From a virus, in IMG/VR virus record IMGVR_UViG_3300045049_000234, positions 1-64,000 of that record: a stretch of 64,000 nucleotides of DNA; one strand, given 5' to 3'. This document shows, in pieces, positions 18,088-27,686 of the stretch (position 1 is its first letter; every line of letters starts with the position of its first letter). The position numbers were made by a program, and so were the translations under genes. The notes beneath the pieces are model-generated. The model saw only the letters and a list, made by a program, of their open reading frames with translations. It searched no databases and was not told where the DNA came from.

Positions 18088-20718
18088 ATGGCTGCGACGC
18101 TCACCAGTAACAGCGACCTGACGTTCATCTCCTTCCCGATCGAGAAGATGGAGACCACCCCGGACGGCGACGTCATGGTCTGGGGCAAGGCCACGGACGG
18201 GTCGGTGGACAGCGACGAACAGATCGTTGACACCTCGTTCTCTTCCAAGGCCATCGCGGACTGGCTCTCCACGGGCGCGAACGTCCGCGTTCAGCACAAC
18301 GCGCAGCGCGATCCCGCCGGGGTCGGCGTGGAGGCGCAGACCGACGGCGAGGGCGCTACGTGGGTCAAGTCGCTGGTGGTCGAGCCCGTCGCCAAGCGCC
18401 TGGTGGAAAAAGGCGTCCTTCGCGCCTACTCCGTGGGCATCGCCCGACCGAAGATCGTGCGCGACGGCGTGGCGCGCGGCGGCCGGATCGTGGACGGCCA
18501 GATCGTTGAGATCAGCCTGGTGGACCGCCCGGCGAACAAGTCCTGCGGTATCCAGCTCGTGAAGTCCGCCGACGACGGTACGCCGGAGTGGGTCGGCAAG
18601 GTGTTCGGCTCGGACATCCTCGCCAAGGCGGAGACGGTGAACGTGGACGTCCCGGCGAACGCGTCCATCACCTTCTCCCCGGACGACCTGCGCAAGCTGC
18701 TTGAGCACCGCAAGGTGGCCGAGGAGCGCACGGCGGCCAAGCGGGACATGGACCCGGACGTGGGCGGCGGCGTGGACCGCGACAAGATCCCGGCATCCGA
18801 CTTCGCCGGTGCGGACCGCTCGTTCCCGATCGTCACGCCGAAGGACGTGCACGACGCGGCGCTGAGCCTGGGCCGCGCGAAGGGCCAGGACACCGACAAG
18901 ATCAAGAACCGCATCATCGCCATCGCCCGCCGCAAGGGGGACGCGTTCGTAGCCCAGTTGCCTGACGCGTGGAAGGACGACGGCGGGGAGTCGGCGAAGA
19001 TCGCCAAGGCGAAGAAAAAGGGCAAGAAGGGCAAGCCGTTCCCCGGCGCCGCACCGTCCTTCGATGGCACCGACTCCGATCACGACGGCGTGGACGCCGA
19101 CGCGCCCGGCAGCGAGGAAGACGACGACACCCGCAAGCCGCCGAAGGTCAAGCCCGGCAGTGCGAAGAAGGGAGGCGCAAAGGTGGACGCCACTGAGGAA
19201 CCCGAGGTCGAGAAGGGCGCCAAGGACTGCCCGAAGTGCGGCAAGGGTTTCCACGCCGACAGCAAGCTGCGCAACTGCGACAGTTGCGGCGCCGACCTGC
19301 CGCATGCACAGAAGGCCGCCAGCCCGGACACCGAAACGGACGACGGCGACGATGACGAGGCGACCGACAGCGGCAAGCCCATGCCGGTTGACAAGGCGGG
19401 CAAGCCCACCCCGGGCGACGGGGTGACCGGTCCCGGCGCCGCTGGAGTCGATCCGGTTCCGGCGCACCGCGAGCCGGACGGCGAGGCCGTGGAATCGCTG
19501 GAGGGCGACGCCGGTCTGCCGACCACCCCGGACCGGTCCGTGAAGTCCGCCGACGCCGAGGTCATGGCCGCGATGCGCCTGAAGGCGCTTGGCGTTCCCA
19601 TGGACATGGGCGCCCTGCACGACATGCTGTGCGCCGGATACCACCCGTCGGACGTCGCCACCGCCTACCCGAGCCACAGCATCGCGGGCCTGGACGTGGG
19701 CGCGTGGCAGGCCAAGGCGCTGGACGCCGCGACCGGCGCGCCGATCGAACAGGCGCTGGAAGCGTCCGCGATGTGGCAGCACGCGGTCACGCTCAAGGGC
19801 ACCGACCCGCAGGAGATGGCGGAGATCCAGTGGGAGGCGCACAAGGCGTTCCGGGACGCCAACCCCGGTCCCGCCACGTTCCCCAAGCCCACCGAGCTGT
19901 CCCCGCGTTCGTTCAACCGCCCGTACCTGTCGGCCGGACACGCCGCCGCGTCGCCGGGGCAGGACGGCCCCAACACGGCCACGGTGCCGTCCGGGCAGAC
20001 CACGGCCAACAGCTTCCACCGCCCGTACCTGGACGCGGGACACGCTGCCGACTCGCCGAGCAACAAGGGCGACGCCGTGGCGGCCCCAGTGCCCACGGGC
20101 GAACCGAACCGGGTCTACTACCGCAACGCACAGCGGGAGAACGCCAAGCAGGCGATGCAGGCGATGCACGACCACATCGCCGCCACGTTCCCGGACCTGT
20201 GCCCGATGGGCGGCCCCGGTGTGGGCGGCGAGGCGCCGATCGGGCAGCGCCCGGTGCCGGTGCCGGACGCGTCCAAGGCCGCGACCGTGGAGGGTACCCC
20301 CGTGAATGAGACCACTGACGGCGTTGTCGCCAAGGCCGTCACCCCGGACCTGATCAAGTCCGCCGTTGCCGAGGCGGTCGCTCCCCTCATGGTACGGCTG
20401 GACGAGATCAAGCAGGAGCTTGACGCGGAGCGCAAGCGTACGAAGGCGCTCCAGAAGGCGGTTGACTCTCTCGGGAGCCAGCCGGACCCGAACGTCGGTG
20501 CGTTCAAGGGCGCCGCGCTCGGTAATCCTTTGCTCGCCAAGGCGGCCGGTGCCCCGGTGGGGCAGCAGCCGACCATGACTGAGATCGCGGAGCGTACTCA
20601 GTCGGCGATGCTGGCAGCGCTTCAGGAACAGGCGCGCCACGACCCCGACCCGGCGCAGCGGGAGGCTGCCTGGGCTCGCATCTATCAGATGACTGGCCTG
20701 ACCGCCGTCGCGCGGTAA
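18088..20718 (+). CDS. prohead protease fused to scaffold-like region
   Basis: VWGKAT..SVDSDEQIV, VRVQH, YSVGI, EISLVDRPAN protease motifs; Zn ribbon CPKC..CDSC; C-terminal coiled coil. Confidence 0.85.
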   Translation: MAATLTSNSDLTFISFPIEKMETTPDGDVMVWGKATDGSVDSDEQIVDTSFSSKAIADWLSTGANVRVQHNAQRDPAGVGVEAQTDGEGATWVKSLVVEPVAKRLVEKGVLRAYSVGIARPKIVRDGVARGGRIVDGQIVEISLVDRPANKSCGIQLVKSADDGTPEWVGKVFGSDILAKAETVNVDVPANASITFSPDDLRKLLEHRKVAEERTAAKRDMDPDVGGGVDRDKIPASDFAGADRSFPIVTPKDVHDAALSLGRAKGQDTDKIKNRIIAIARRKGDAFVAQLPDAWKDDGGESAKIAKAKKKGKKGKPFPGAAPSFDGTDSDHDGVDADAPGSEEDDDTRKPPKVKPGSAKKGGAKVDATEEPEVEKGAKDCPKCGKGFHADSKLRNCDSCGADLPHAQKAASPDTETDDGDDDEATDSGKPMPVDKAGKPTPGDGVTGPGAAGVDPVPAHREPDGEAVESLEGDAGLPTTPDRSVKSADAEVMAAMRLKALGVPMDMGALHDMLCAGYHPSDVATAYPSHSIAGLDVGAWQAKALDAATGAPIEQALEASAMWQHAVTLKGTDPQEMAEIQWEAHKAFRDANPGPATFPKPTELSPRSFNRPYLSAGHAAASPGQDGPNTATVPSGQTTANSFHRPYLDAGHAADSPSNKGDAVAAPVPTGEPNRVYYRNAQRENAKQAMQAMHDHIAATFPDLCPMGGPGVGGEAPIGQRPVPVPDASKAATVEGTPVNETTDGVVAKAVTPDLIKSAVAEAVAPLMVRLDEIKQELDAERKRTKALQKAVDSLGSQPDPNVGAFKGAALGNPLLAKAAGAPVGQQPTMTEIAERTQSAMLAALQEQARHDPDPAQREAAWARIYQMTGLTAVAR

Positions 20719-20749
20719 AGCCTCCACACACGTTTGGAAAGGGATCTCT

Positions 20750-22579
20750 ATGGCTGACTTGCTCACCATGGAGCCGCCTGCCCCCGCCACGGGGCAGGTG
20801 AGCACGGAAGCTGCTTCGCAGGCTTCCCGTTACGCGCGCTCGGGCGACATGCTCAAGGCGCGTATGCCGTTCATGGTCAAGGGTGCCGGTTACGTCGGCG
20901 AGGGGAACATGCCCCTCCAGGACAACGCGGTCATCACCACCAAGGCGCAGCAGGCTGCGCTGGAACTGCGCTCCGAGACCTATCGGGGCTACCGCAACCG
21001 CGCAGAGGTCGTCAAGGGTCTTAACCCGGACTTCCTCAACCAGTTCGGTTACCTCAAGACGGCGCTGACGATGCCGTCGATCGGCGAGCAGCTTCAGCAG
21101 GTGCTCGGCGGGGTGCAGGGCGCTGACCTGACCCGTTCGTTCACGGCGGGCAACCTGGGTATTGGTTCGGTCTACGGCCTGGTGCCGTTCGACCTGCTGG
21201 CGCCCAGCCGCCTGATCTACCCGGTTTACACCGTATTCCGCAACAAGTTCCCCCGGCCCGCCGGTCAGGGCACTGCGCGGCAGGAGAAGGTGTTCACCGG
21301 TATCTCGGGTTCGCAGACCGGCGGCCAGCCGGTCGTGGACATCGCGATCTCGGAAATGGTGCAGACCGGCGGCACGTTCTCGAACTGGCCGCTGAACCTG
21401 CCGCCGTCGGGCGCGCAGACCGAGGTCAACCTGAACGTTCCCTACAAGTTCTTCGGCATGACCGAGCAGCTTTCGTGGCTCGCTCAGTTCGCCGGTCAGG
21501 GCTTCGAGGACGTCAGCGCGCTGGCGAACCTGATCCTCCTCCAGCAGATGATGCTCGGCGAGGAGTACCAGATGATCGCCGGGTCTTCCACGACCCTGGC
21601 GGTTCCCGCCGCGCCGACCGTGGCCGTGCGCACCCCGGGCTCCAACGAGACCGCGATCAGCGGCAGCGCGACCACCCACTTCACGGTGTTCGTGACCGCG
21701 ACCAACTACTACGGTGAGACCACGGTGTCGGCGGCGTCCACCGACCTGACCAACACCGTCGTGGGCAACGTCGTGGACGTGACCATCGCCCCGGTTCCCG
21801 GCGCGCTGCTCTACAACATCTACATCTCCACCAACGCCTCCCCGGCGAACGCGAACGAGTTCCTGTACGCGTCGTCGATCGGCGGTCGCCGGTTCACCCT
21901 CCAGGGCGCGTACCCGACGGCGGGCACCACGCCGCCCACCTCGGACACCAAGACCGGCAACGCCAACCGCATGGAGGGCCTGATCCCGACGCTGACGGGC
22001 AAGTCGGCGTCGTCCGGCGTGTACCCGGCGGGATGGCAGGGCGGATACATCAACCAGTCGGTCGGCACCCACCTGTCGTACAACGCGATTTACACCGCGC
22101 TGGACAGCCTGTGGGAGTCCAACTCGATCACCCCCGGCGCGTTCAAGGCCGACCCGGCGGAGATCGTCGGCGACGGCGGCGACATCATGCGCCTGTCGAA
22201 CGACGTGATCGCGCAGGGCGCTGCCACCAACTACCGGCTGTTCCTGGAGCAGGGCGACGTGCCCGGCGTGCGCGTCGGCGCGGCCGTCTCCGAGTTCCAG
22301 AACCCGATCACCCGCTCGGTGCTCAAGCTGGTCGTGCACCCGTGGCTGACGCAGGGCACTGCCCTGTTCATGACCTACAACCTCCCGCAGACGTACACCA
22401 ACGTGTCGTCCGCCTGGGAGATGACCATGGTCCAGGACTATGTCAGCATCGCGTGGCCCGTGATCGACGCCACGTTCCGCTACAGCCTGTTCATGTACGG
22501 CGCTTTGGTCGGCCACGCGCCGTTCTACAGCGGCATCCTCCAGGGCCTCCAGGTCTCGGACACCACGCCGTTCAGCTAA
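20750..22579 (+). CDS. major capsid protein with an inserted Ig/FN3-like segment
   Basis: position after protease/scaffold, highly biased codons, LVVHPWL motif, inserted VFVTATNYYGET...YNIY segment. Confidence 0.8.
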   Translation: MADLLTMEPPAPATGQVSTEAASQASRYARSGDMLKARMPFMVKGAGYVGEGNMPLQDNAVITTKAQQAALELRSETYRGYRNRAEVVKGLNPDFLNQFGYLKTALTMPSIGEQLQQVLGGVQGADLTRSFTAGNLGIGSVYGLVPFDLLAPSRLIYPVYTVFRNKFPRPAGQGTARQEKVFTGISGSQTGGQPVVDIAISEMVQTGGTFSNWPLNLPPSGAQTEVNLNVPYKFFGMTEQLSWLAQFAGQGFEDVSALANLILLQQMMLGEEYQMIAGSSTTLAVPAAPTVAVRTPGSNETAISGSATTHFTVFVTATNYYGETTVSAASTDLTNTVVGNVVDVTIAPVPGALLYNIYISTNASPANANEFLYASSIGGRRFTLQGAYPTAGTTPPTSDTKTGNANRMEGLIPTLTGKSASSGVYPAGWQGGYINQSVGTHLSYNAIYTALDSLWESNSITPGAFKADPAEIVGDGGDIMRLSNDVIAQGAATNYRLFLEQGDVPGVRVGAAVSEFQNPITRSVLKLVVHPWLTQGTALFMTYNLPQTYTNVSSAWEMTMVQDYVSIAWPVIDATFRYSLFMYGALVGHAPFYSGILQGLQVSDTTPFS

Positions 22580-22591
22580 TCAGCCTGCGCA

Positions 22592-22622
22592 CCCCAGCCG
22601 CCTACGACCCGGCTGGGGTGCG
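22592..22622 (+). terminator. hairpin after capsid gene
   Basis: (gca)ccccagccg...cggctggggtgc inverted repeat followed by TCCTCTT. Confidence 0.5.
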
Positions 22623-22647
22623 TCCTCTTACATAAGGAGCAGGCCAG

Positions 22648-23025
22648 ATGGCCATCTTCAACGGAACGTCGCCGTCGTATCAGCAGACGCCGAACAACGC
22701 GTCGGCGAGCGTGGGCACCTCCGCCACGCAGATCTACAACACCACTTCGTTCACCGCCGTGGGCGGCACCGTCTACAGCTTCCCGGCCGGTGCGGTCCTT
22801 CGGGACCTGACGATCGTCAACACCGGAGCGGTTACCTGTTTCATCGGCACTTCCTCGGTGACCGCGTCCACGGGTATTCCGCTGCTGGCAGGTGAACAGC
22901 TTACTATCCAGGGGTCTCACAAGCAGGCCGAATCGGGCAACGCGTCGTGGAACCTGTACGCCATCACGGCCTCCGGCACCACGCAGGTGGAATGCTCCCT
23001 GGCCACGCAGGTTGCGGTGGCCTAA
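22648..23025 (+). CDS. small virion protein, paralog 1
   Basis: AAGGAG RBS; IVNTG..CFIG..SVT...GIPL motif. Confidence 0.75.
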   Translation: MAIFNGTSPSYQQTPNNASASVGTSATQIYNTTSFTAVGGTVYSFPAGAVLRDLTIVNTGAVTCFIGTSSVTASTGIPLLAGEQLTIQGSHKQAESGNASWNLYAITASGTTQVECSLATQVAVA

Positions 23026-23384
23026 TGACCAAGTCGCAGGCGGCAACCAGTGTGCCCAGCGGCGTCGCCCGTCCCGCCGTGGTCAACAACACGGCGGGCG
23101 GGGTGCTCAACACGCTTGCGGGCAGCATCGAAACCGATCCGACGTCCGACTACGCGACCACCGTGCAGATGCAGGTGGCGCCCCGCGCGGACATGCCCGG
23201 TCCCTGGTACATCGTCAACCTCGGTCCCAACACCCTGTACTACGGGCCGTCCGGGGTGACCAGCGGCAACGGCACATCGGTGGCCGCTGGCGCGAAGTCG
23301 GCCGCCATCGCGCCCACGAACGGGTTCTCCACGTTCGTGGTGACCGCGTCCGGCGCATCCACGTTCCAGATCGTCAACCACTGA
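23025..23384 (+). CDS. small virion protein, paralog 2
   Basis: TAATG coupling; IVNLG...LYYG..GVT...G motif. Confidence 0.75.
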   Translation: MTKSQAATSVPSGVARPAVVNNTAGGVLNTLAGSIETDPTSDYATTVQMQVAPRADMPGPWYIVNLGPNTLYYGPSGVTSGNGTSVAAGAKSAAIAPTNGFSTFVVTASGASTFQIVNH

Positions 23385-23401
23385 TCCGAGGAGGGACCAC
23401 G

Positions 23402-23884
23402 ATGACTGCGCTGACCACCTCGGTTTCCGGCGCCCCGGTCCTGGTGTACAACCCGGCGCCGTCCGGCACTCCGAACGCGAGTATCAGCAACACCGGCGGC
23501 TCGGTGGCGTACATCGGCCAGGCGGGCGTAACGGTCGCCAGCGGGCTGCCGCTGTACCCGAACCAGCAGATCATCCTGCCGTACGCACCGACCAAGATCT
23601 ACGCCGTGTCGCCGGTGACGGCGACGGCGACGGCGACCACCACCACGGCGGCGGCCAACTCCGCCGCCACCACGCTGGCGATCACGTCCGGCACCGGCAC
23701 CGCGAACGGCCAGCAGATCCAGGTCGGCTCGGGTTCGAACGCCGAGATCGTCACCATCGTGTCCGGCGGCGGCACCACCACGCTGACCGTGACGGCGCTG
23801 AACTACGATCACCGGTCCGGCGCAGCGGTGACCGTCATGACCGCGTCGGCCACCAGCGTCTACGTGGTGCCCGGGACGGTCTAA
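23402..23884 (+). CDS. small virion protein, paralog 3, with inserted beta domain
   Basis: GAGGAGG RBS; ISNTG..AYIG..GVT...GLPL motif. Confidence 0.75.
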   Translation: MTALTTSVSGAPVLVYNPAPSGTPNASISNTGGSVAYIGQAGVTVASGLPLYPNQQIILPYAPTKIYAVSPVTATATATTTTAAANSAATTLAITSGTGTANGQQIQVGSGSNAEIVTIVSGGGTTTLTVTALNYDHRSGAAVTVMTASATSVYVVPGTV

Positions 23885-24193
23885 ATGGCCATCAACGGCG
23901 GGACGCTCAGCACGACCAGCTCCCCGGCGCTCAGCAACTCCTCAGCGGTCACGCTGTGCACGGTGCCCCCCGGCGTGGGCGCGGTTGTCATCTCCAACAA
24001 CTGCGGTCAGACCGTGTATGTCACGGCAGGCAAGACCGCGACCACCACGAACGGGTTCGCCATCCCGAACGGCGCGCCGCCGGTGACGATCCCGCTGTTC
24101 ACGGGTTCGGCCGGTACGACGTTCAGCGTGATCGCCGCCGCCGCGCCGACGGCCAGCGCTCCAGTGAGCTGGCTTATCTCCACTGCGGAATAG
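23885..24193 (+). CDS. small virion protein, paralog 4
   Basis: ISNNCG..VYV.....T...GFAI motif. Confidence 0.75.
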   Translation: MAINGGTLSTTSSPALSNSSAVTLCTVPPGVGAVVISNNCGQTVYVTAGKTATTTNGFAIPNGAPPVTIPLFTGSAGTTFSVIAAAAPTASAPVSWLISTAE

Positions 24194-24201
24194 GAGGCGC
24201 G

Positions 24202-24480
24202 ATGGGCGTCAAGGTGAACCTTCCTCCGGGCTGCTCCGGCTTCGACTGCAAGGACGGCACGAAGTACACGGCATCGAAGCCGGGCGGCACGGTGGAAGTC
24301 GAGGACCGGCACGCGCGGGCGATCAACACCGGACAGTACGGCGAGAAGGGGTTCATCTCCGCGACCGGCGCGCTCTCGTTCGGTACCAAGCGCGGCATGC
24401 ACTGCGAGCCGTGCGGGCGCGTGTGGAACGCGTGGAACACGCAGTGTCCGCGCTGCGGCGCATCCACGACCGAGCAGTAA
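24202..24480 (+). CDS. small Zn-ribbon protein
   Basis: AGGAGG RBS; CEPC...CPRC. Confidence 0.7.
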   Translation: MGVKVNLPPGCSGFDCKDGTKYTASKPGGTVEVEDRHARAINTGQYGEKGFISATGALSFGTKRGMHCEPCGRVWNAWNTQCPRCGASTTEQ

Positions 24481-24508
24481 CGATCCACTAGTCAATCAGG
24501 AGACGCAC

Positions 24509-25168
24509 ATGACTGTCTTCTCGCGGTCCGACGTGGCCGCGATCAGCATTTCCCCTGCGCATGGCGGGTGCGGACAGACGCATTCCCGACCGGCACCCGG
24601 GGGGAATCCCGTTCCCGTGTGGCAGCTCACCTGCCACAAGTGCGAGGACTTCCTGCGGTCCGATCCGCTGTGGGGCGTCACCGCCGGGTCGATCCCGGAG
24701 ACCCCGGACGAGACGCAGAACCGCGAGGCCGCCGAAGGCCGCACGCAGCGGGAACAGCTCACGAACAACGTGGACGCGCTGACCCGGATCGGCGACGCGC
24801 TCACGATGCTCGCGCACGACCGCAGCGACAGCTCGCAGGTTATCGCGATGCTCACCGCCGTGTTGGCGCAGAACGGCGTCACGCTGCCCGCCGGGGCCGC
24901 GCAGGCGCCCGCCGACACCGCACCGGCCACCGAACCCCGCGACACCGCACCGGACGCGCCCACGGACGCGCAGGTGGCCGAATTGGCGGACGCGCTCAAC
25001 ACGATGGGCGACGCCCCCGCGTCCCCCGGCAACACCGCACCGCCGAACCTGGACGCCATGAACATGAACGAACTGAACGCGTACGCCAAGTCCGTAGGGC
25101 TGCCCGGACGCCGTTCCCGCGCGGAGCAGATCGCAGCCATCCGCCAGCACTGGGACGAGGACCGGTAG
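24509..25168 (+). CDS. hypothetical protein with C-terminal Rho-N/HeH-like helix pair
   Basis: LDAMNMNELNAYAKSVGL..RRSRAEQIAAI. Confidence 0.7.
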   Translation: MTVFSRSDVAAISISPAHGGCGQTHSRPAPGGNPVPVWQLTCHKCEDFLRSDPLWGVTAGSIPETPDETQNREAAEGRTQREQLTNNVDALTRIGDALTMLAHDRSDSSQVIAMLTAVLAQNGVTLPAGAAQAPADTAPATEPRDTAPDAPTDAQVAELADALNTMGDAPASPGNTAPPNLDAMNMNELNAYAKSVGLPGRRSRAEQIAAIRQHWDEDR

Positions 25169-25192
25169 GAACGACCCGACGGGGGTGATGCC

Positions 25193-25354
25193 GTGCGCCG
25201 CCGCACCTCGTGCCGCTGGTGCCCCGGCAACGGGCGGCATCCCCCCGTCGGCTACTGCCAGGACTGCGGCAACCAGTTCTGCGCCAAGCACGGCGAATGG
25301 CATGTGGACCGATGGCTGTGCTCCCGATGCATGCGCCTAATCACCAGGGGGTGA
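25193..25354 (+). CDS. 53-aa B-box-like zinc finger, not in the ORF track
   Basis: VRRRTSCRWC...YCQDCGNQFCAKH...LCSRC; GGGGGTG RBS; fills the gap exactly. Confidence 0.7.
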   Translation: MRRRTSCRWCPGNGRHPPVGYCQDCGNQFCAKHGEWHVDRWLCSRCMRLITRG

Positions 25355-25355
25355 T

Positions 25356-26288
25356 ATGCCTACTCCGTACATCACCCCGTCGATGCTGACGAACGCGCCC
25401 ACGGGTATCGCGTGGTCGATCATTCCGTTCCCGAAGGCCACCACGCAGCAGCAGTTCGAGGAGCAGTTCAATATCTGCTGGCGCGCCACCGGCATCGTGG
25501 ACAACTACTGCAACCAGGTGCTGCGCGCCACGGCGGACACCGAGTACTACAACGGCCCCGACTACCGGGTCACGATCCAGCACACCGGGAACGCGCGCAT
25601 CGTGCTGCAACGATGGCCCGTGCTTCAGGTGCTGGCGGTCTCGGTCTCGCCGAACGCGGCGTTCCCGAGGCAGTGGACCATCCTGCCGTCCGGGTACGCC
25701 GACATCGAACACCCGATCATCGGCGTGTACGGGTCCACCACCCCATCGGCGGCCGGTGACGGCGGCCAGGCCATCCTCATCGCACCCGGGTTCATCAACA
25801 GGGCGCTGGGGCGCAACGGCTACCGGATCGCGATCTCCTACCTCAACGGGTGGGCGCACACCTCCACCACGTCCGCGTCCGTCGCGGGCGCCACCACGCT
25901 CCAGGTGGACGACGTGACCGCGTTCACGGGGGCGTCCGCGTTCGTGTACGACGGCGGGTACACCGAAGTCGTGTCGATTACCTCGGTTGCCGCCACCGCG
26001 CCGCTGGTGCTGCCGATCAGCGGCGCCACGGTGGCGGCCGGTCCGGGCACGCTGACGCTCAGTACGCCGATCGCCAACGCGCACCCGGCGGGCGTCGTGG
26101 TCTCCGCGCTGCCGCAGGATGTGATCTGGGCTGCGGTGCTGGCTGCGGCCACGCAGGCGCTCGAATCCGGCATCGACGCCATCACCATCCAGAACATCCC
26201 CGGTTCGCAGACGGTCGGCGGCCACGGTATCCAGGAGCTGACCGCCGAGTACGAAGTGATCTTGGACCCGTACCGCCGCACCGTATAA
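25356..26288 (+). CDS. head-tail adaptor/connector protein
   Basis: YITPSML...RATGIVDNYC and C-terminal ILDPYRR typical of gp6/gp15-like adaptors; synteny. Confidence 0.75.
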   Translation: MPTPYITPSMLTNAPTGIAWSIIPFPKATTQQQFEEQFNICWRATGIVDNYCNQVLRATADTEYYNGPDYRVTIQHTGNARIVLQRWPVLQVLAVSVSPNAAFPRQWTILPSGYADIEHPIIGVYGSTTPSAAGDGGQAILIAPGFINRALGRNGYRIAISYLNGWAHTSTTSASVAGATTLQVDDVTAFTGASAFVYDGGYTEVVSITSVAATAPLVLPISGATVAAGPGTLTLSTPIANAHPAGVVVSALPQDVIWAAVLAAATQALESGIDAITIQNIPGSQTVGGHGIQELTAEYEVILDPYRRTV

Positions 26289-26296
26289 GGACGCAT

Positions 26297-26446
26297 ATGC
26301 GCCGCCGACACACGCGCGCCTCAACGAAGAACAACCGCCGCGCCAACACCCGCAGCTCCCGCACTCACCGCGTCGTACACGGGGACGTGCACGTGGGCAC
26401 CCGCAAGGTTCACAGCCGTACCGTCAACGCGCCGAAGGTCTGGTAA
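26297..26446 (+). CDS. 49-aa Arg/His-rich peptide
   Basis: AAGGA RBS, fills the intergenic gap. Confidence 0.5.
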   Translation: MRRRHTRASTKNNRRANTRSSRTHRVVHGDVHVGTRKVHSRTVNAPKVW

Positions 26447-26456
26447 CACGGGAGGG

Positions 26457-26987
26457 GTGGTTCCGATTCCCCTCTACAGCGTGCAGTCCTACGTCAAGGG
26501 TCTGCTGGACGGACTGGTGATCGCCGACGCCGTCCCGGCGCTCAAGGCGTACATCACGCCGCCCGTGGTGGACAGCCTGGACGGCCCCCGCGCGCACGTG
26601 TGGGGCGGCCGGATGCGCGGTCGGCGCCAGACGATGCCGCGTGGCCAGGCGTACAAGCGCCTGGACTGGATGATCGACGTCTACCTGGTGTACGAGATGA
26701 ACCCGGATCAGCCCGCCACCACGATCGACATGGACTTTCCACTGATCATCGACACCGTGATGAACAAGACGTGGACAACCACCATGCCGACGTTCATCGA
26801 CCCCAACGGCGTCCCGGTCACCGTGGCGCAGGCACAGGCGAACCCGTCGGTGACCTACTCGGAGATCCTGGCCATCGGCGAAGACTTCGAGCTGGAATAC
26901 GAACCGGAACGCAACCCCGCCACGCTGCGGATGCTCTACTACACCGCGCGCCTCGGTCTGGACGTCTACGAGGCGGTGCAGGGGTGA
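26457..26987 (+). CDS. putative tail terminator/head-tail joining protein
   Basis: synteny; GGAGG RBS. Confidence 0.6.
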   Translation: MVPIPLYSVQSYVKGLLDGLVIADAVPALKAYITPPVVDSLDGPRAHVWGGRMRGRRQTMPRGQAYKRLDWMIDVYLVYEMNPDQPATTIDMDFPLIIDTVMNKTWTTTMPTFIDPNGVPVTVAQAQANPSVTYSEILAIGEDFELEYEPERNPATLRMLYYTARLGLDVYEAVQG

Positions 26988-27466
26988 GCGTCAACATCAC
27001 CGTGGAGGGCCACGGCCCCGACCATCCGTTCGTGTGGACGGCGGCAGCGGTCAAGTGGGCGGACACCGTCGGCCCGATCGCCCGTGCCGCGCTGAAGGTG
27101 ATGGCGCCGGTGGGCAAGGGGCCGCGCGCCGGTCGCCTGCGCACGTCGATCCGCTACGAACGGCGCACCACGGCGGGCAGCGGCGTCACGGCGACGTTCA
27201 CCGCCTACACGCCGTACGCGCGGTACGTCATCGACGGCACCAAGCCCCACATCATCCGCCCGGTGGCCGCCCGCTACCTGCACTTCCAGCAAAACGGCAG
27301 GGATCGGTTCGTCGGACCGCGCGGCAGCAGCGCGCGGTCCGCCTACGTGATGCATCCGGGCACGAGGGCGAACAAGTTCAACGAGCGCGCGTTCGAGGCG
27401 ATAGGCCCCGAGATCCGCCGGATATACCAGGTCATCATGTCCGAGGCCATGGGAGGCACACCGTGA
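26984..27466 (+). CDS. HK97 gp10-like tail completion protein
   Basis: APV..GRLRTSI...YARYVIDGT.PH.I.P...HPGT motifs. Confidence 0.8.
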   Translation: MSVNITVEGHGPDHPFVWTAAAVKWADTVGPIARAALKVMAPVGKGPRAGRLRTSIRYERRTTAGSGVTATFTAYTPYARYVIDGTKPHIIRPVAARYLHFQQNGRDRFVGPRGSSARSAYVMHPGTRANKFNERAFEAIGPEIRRIYQVIMSEAMGGTP

Positions 27467-27678
27467 ATCTGCGGTACACCGGGGCACTCCCGGTCACGTT
27501 CGTCGAATCCGTCGGCGAGGTCGAGCCGGGCGGGGAGTTCTTCGTCCCGGACGAGGACGCGCCCCGCTACCTGGCGCGCGCCGACGTCGAACAGGTGCGC
27601 GACGCCCCGGCGCGCAAGCCCAAGACCGCCAAGGCGGTGGCCGACGAGCCGTCCGCTGACACCACCACCGCCAACTAA
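27463..27678 (+). CDS. small hypothetical protein
   Basis: GTGA coupling, GGAGG RBS. Confidence 0.65.
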   Translation: MNLRYTGALPVTFVESVGEVEPGGEFFVPDEDAPRYLARADVEQVRDAPARKPKTAKAVADEPSADTTTAN

Positions 27679-27686
27679 GGGGGTCT

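Noticed and set aside
17716-22516. Long minus-strand ORFs (1029 aa and 670 aa)
   Set aside because: They are antisense shadows of the protease and capsid genes, typical of high-GC DNA.
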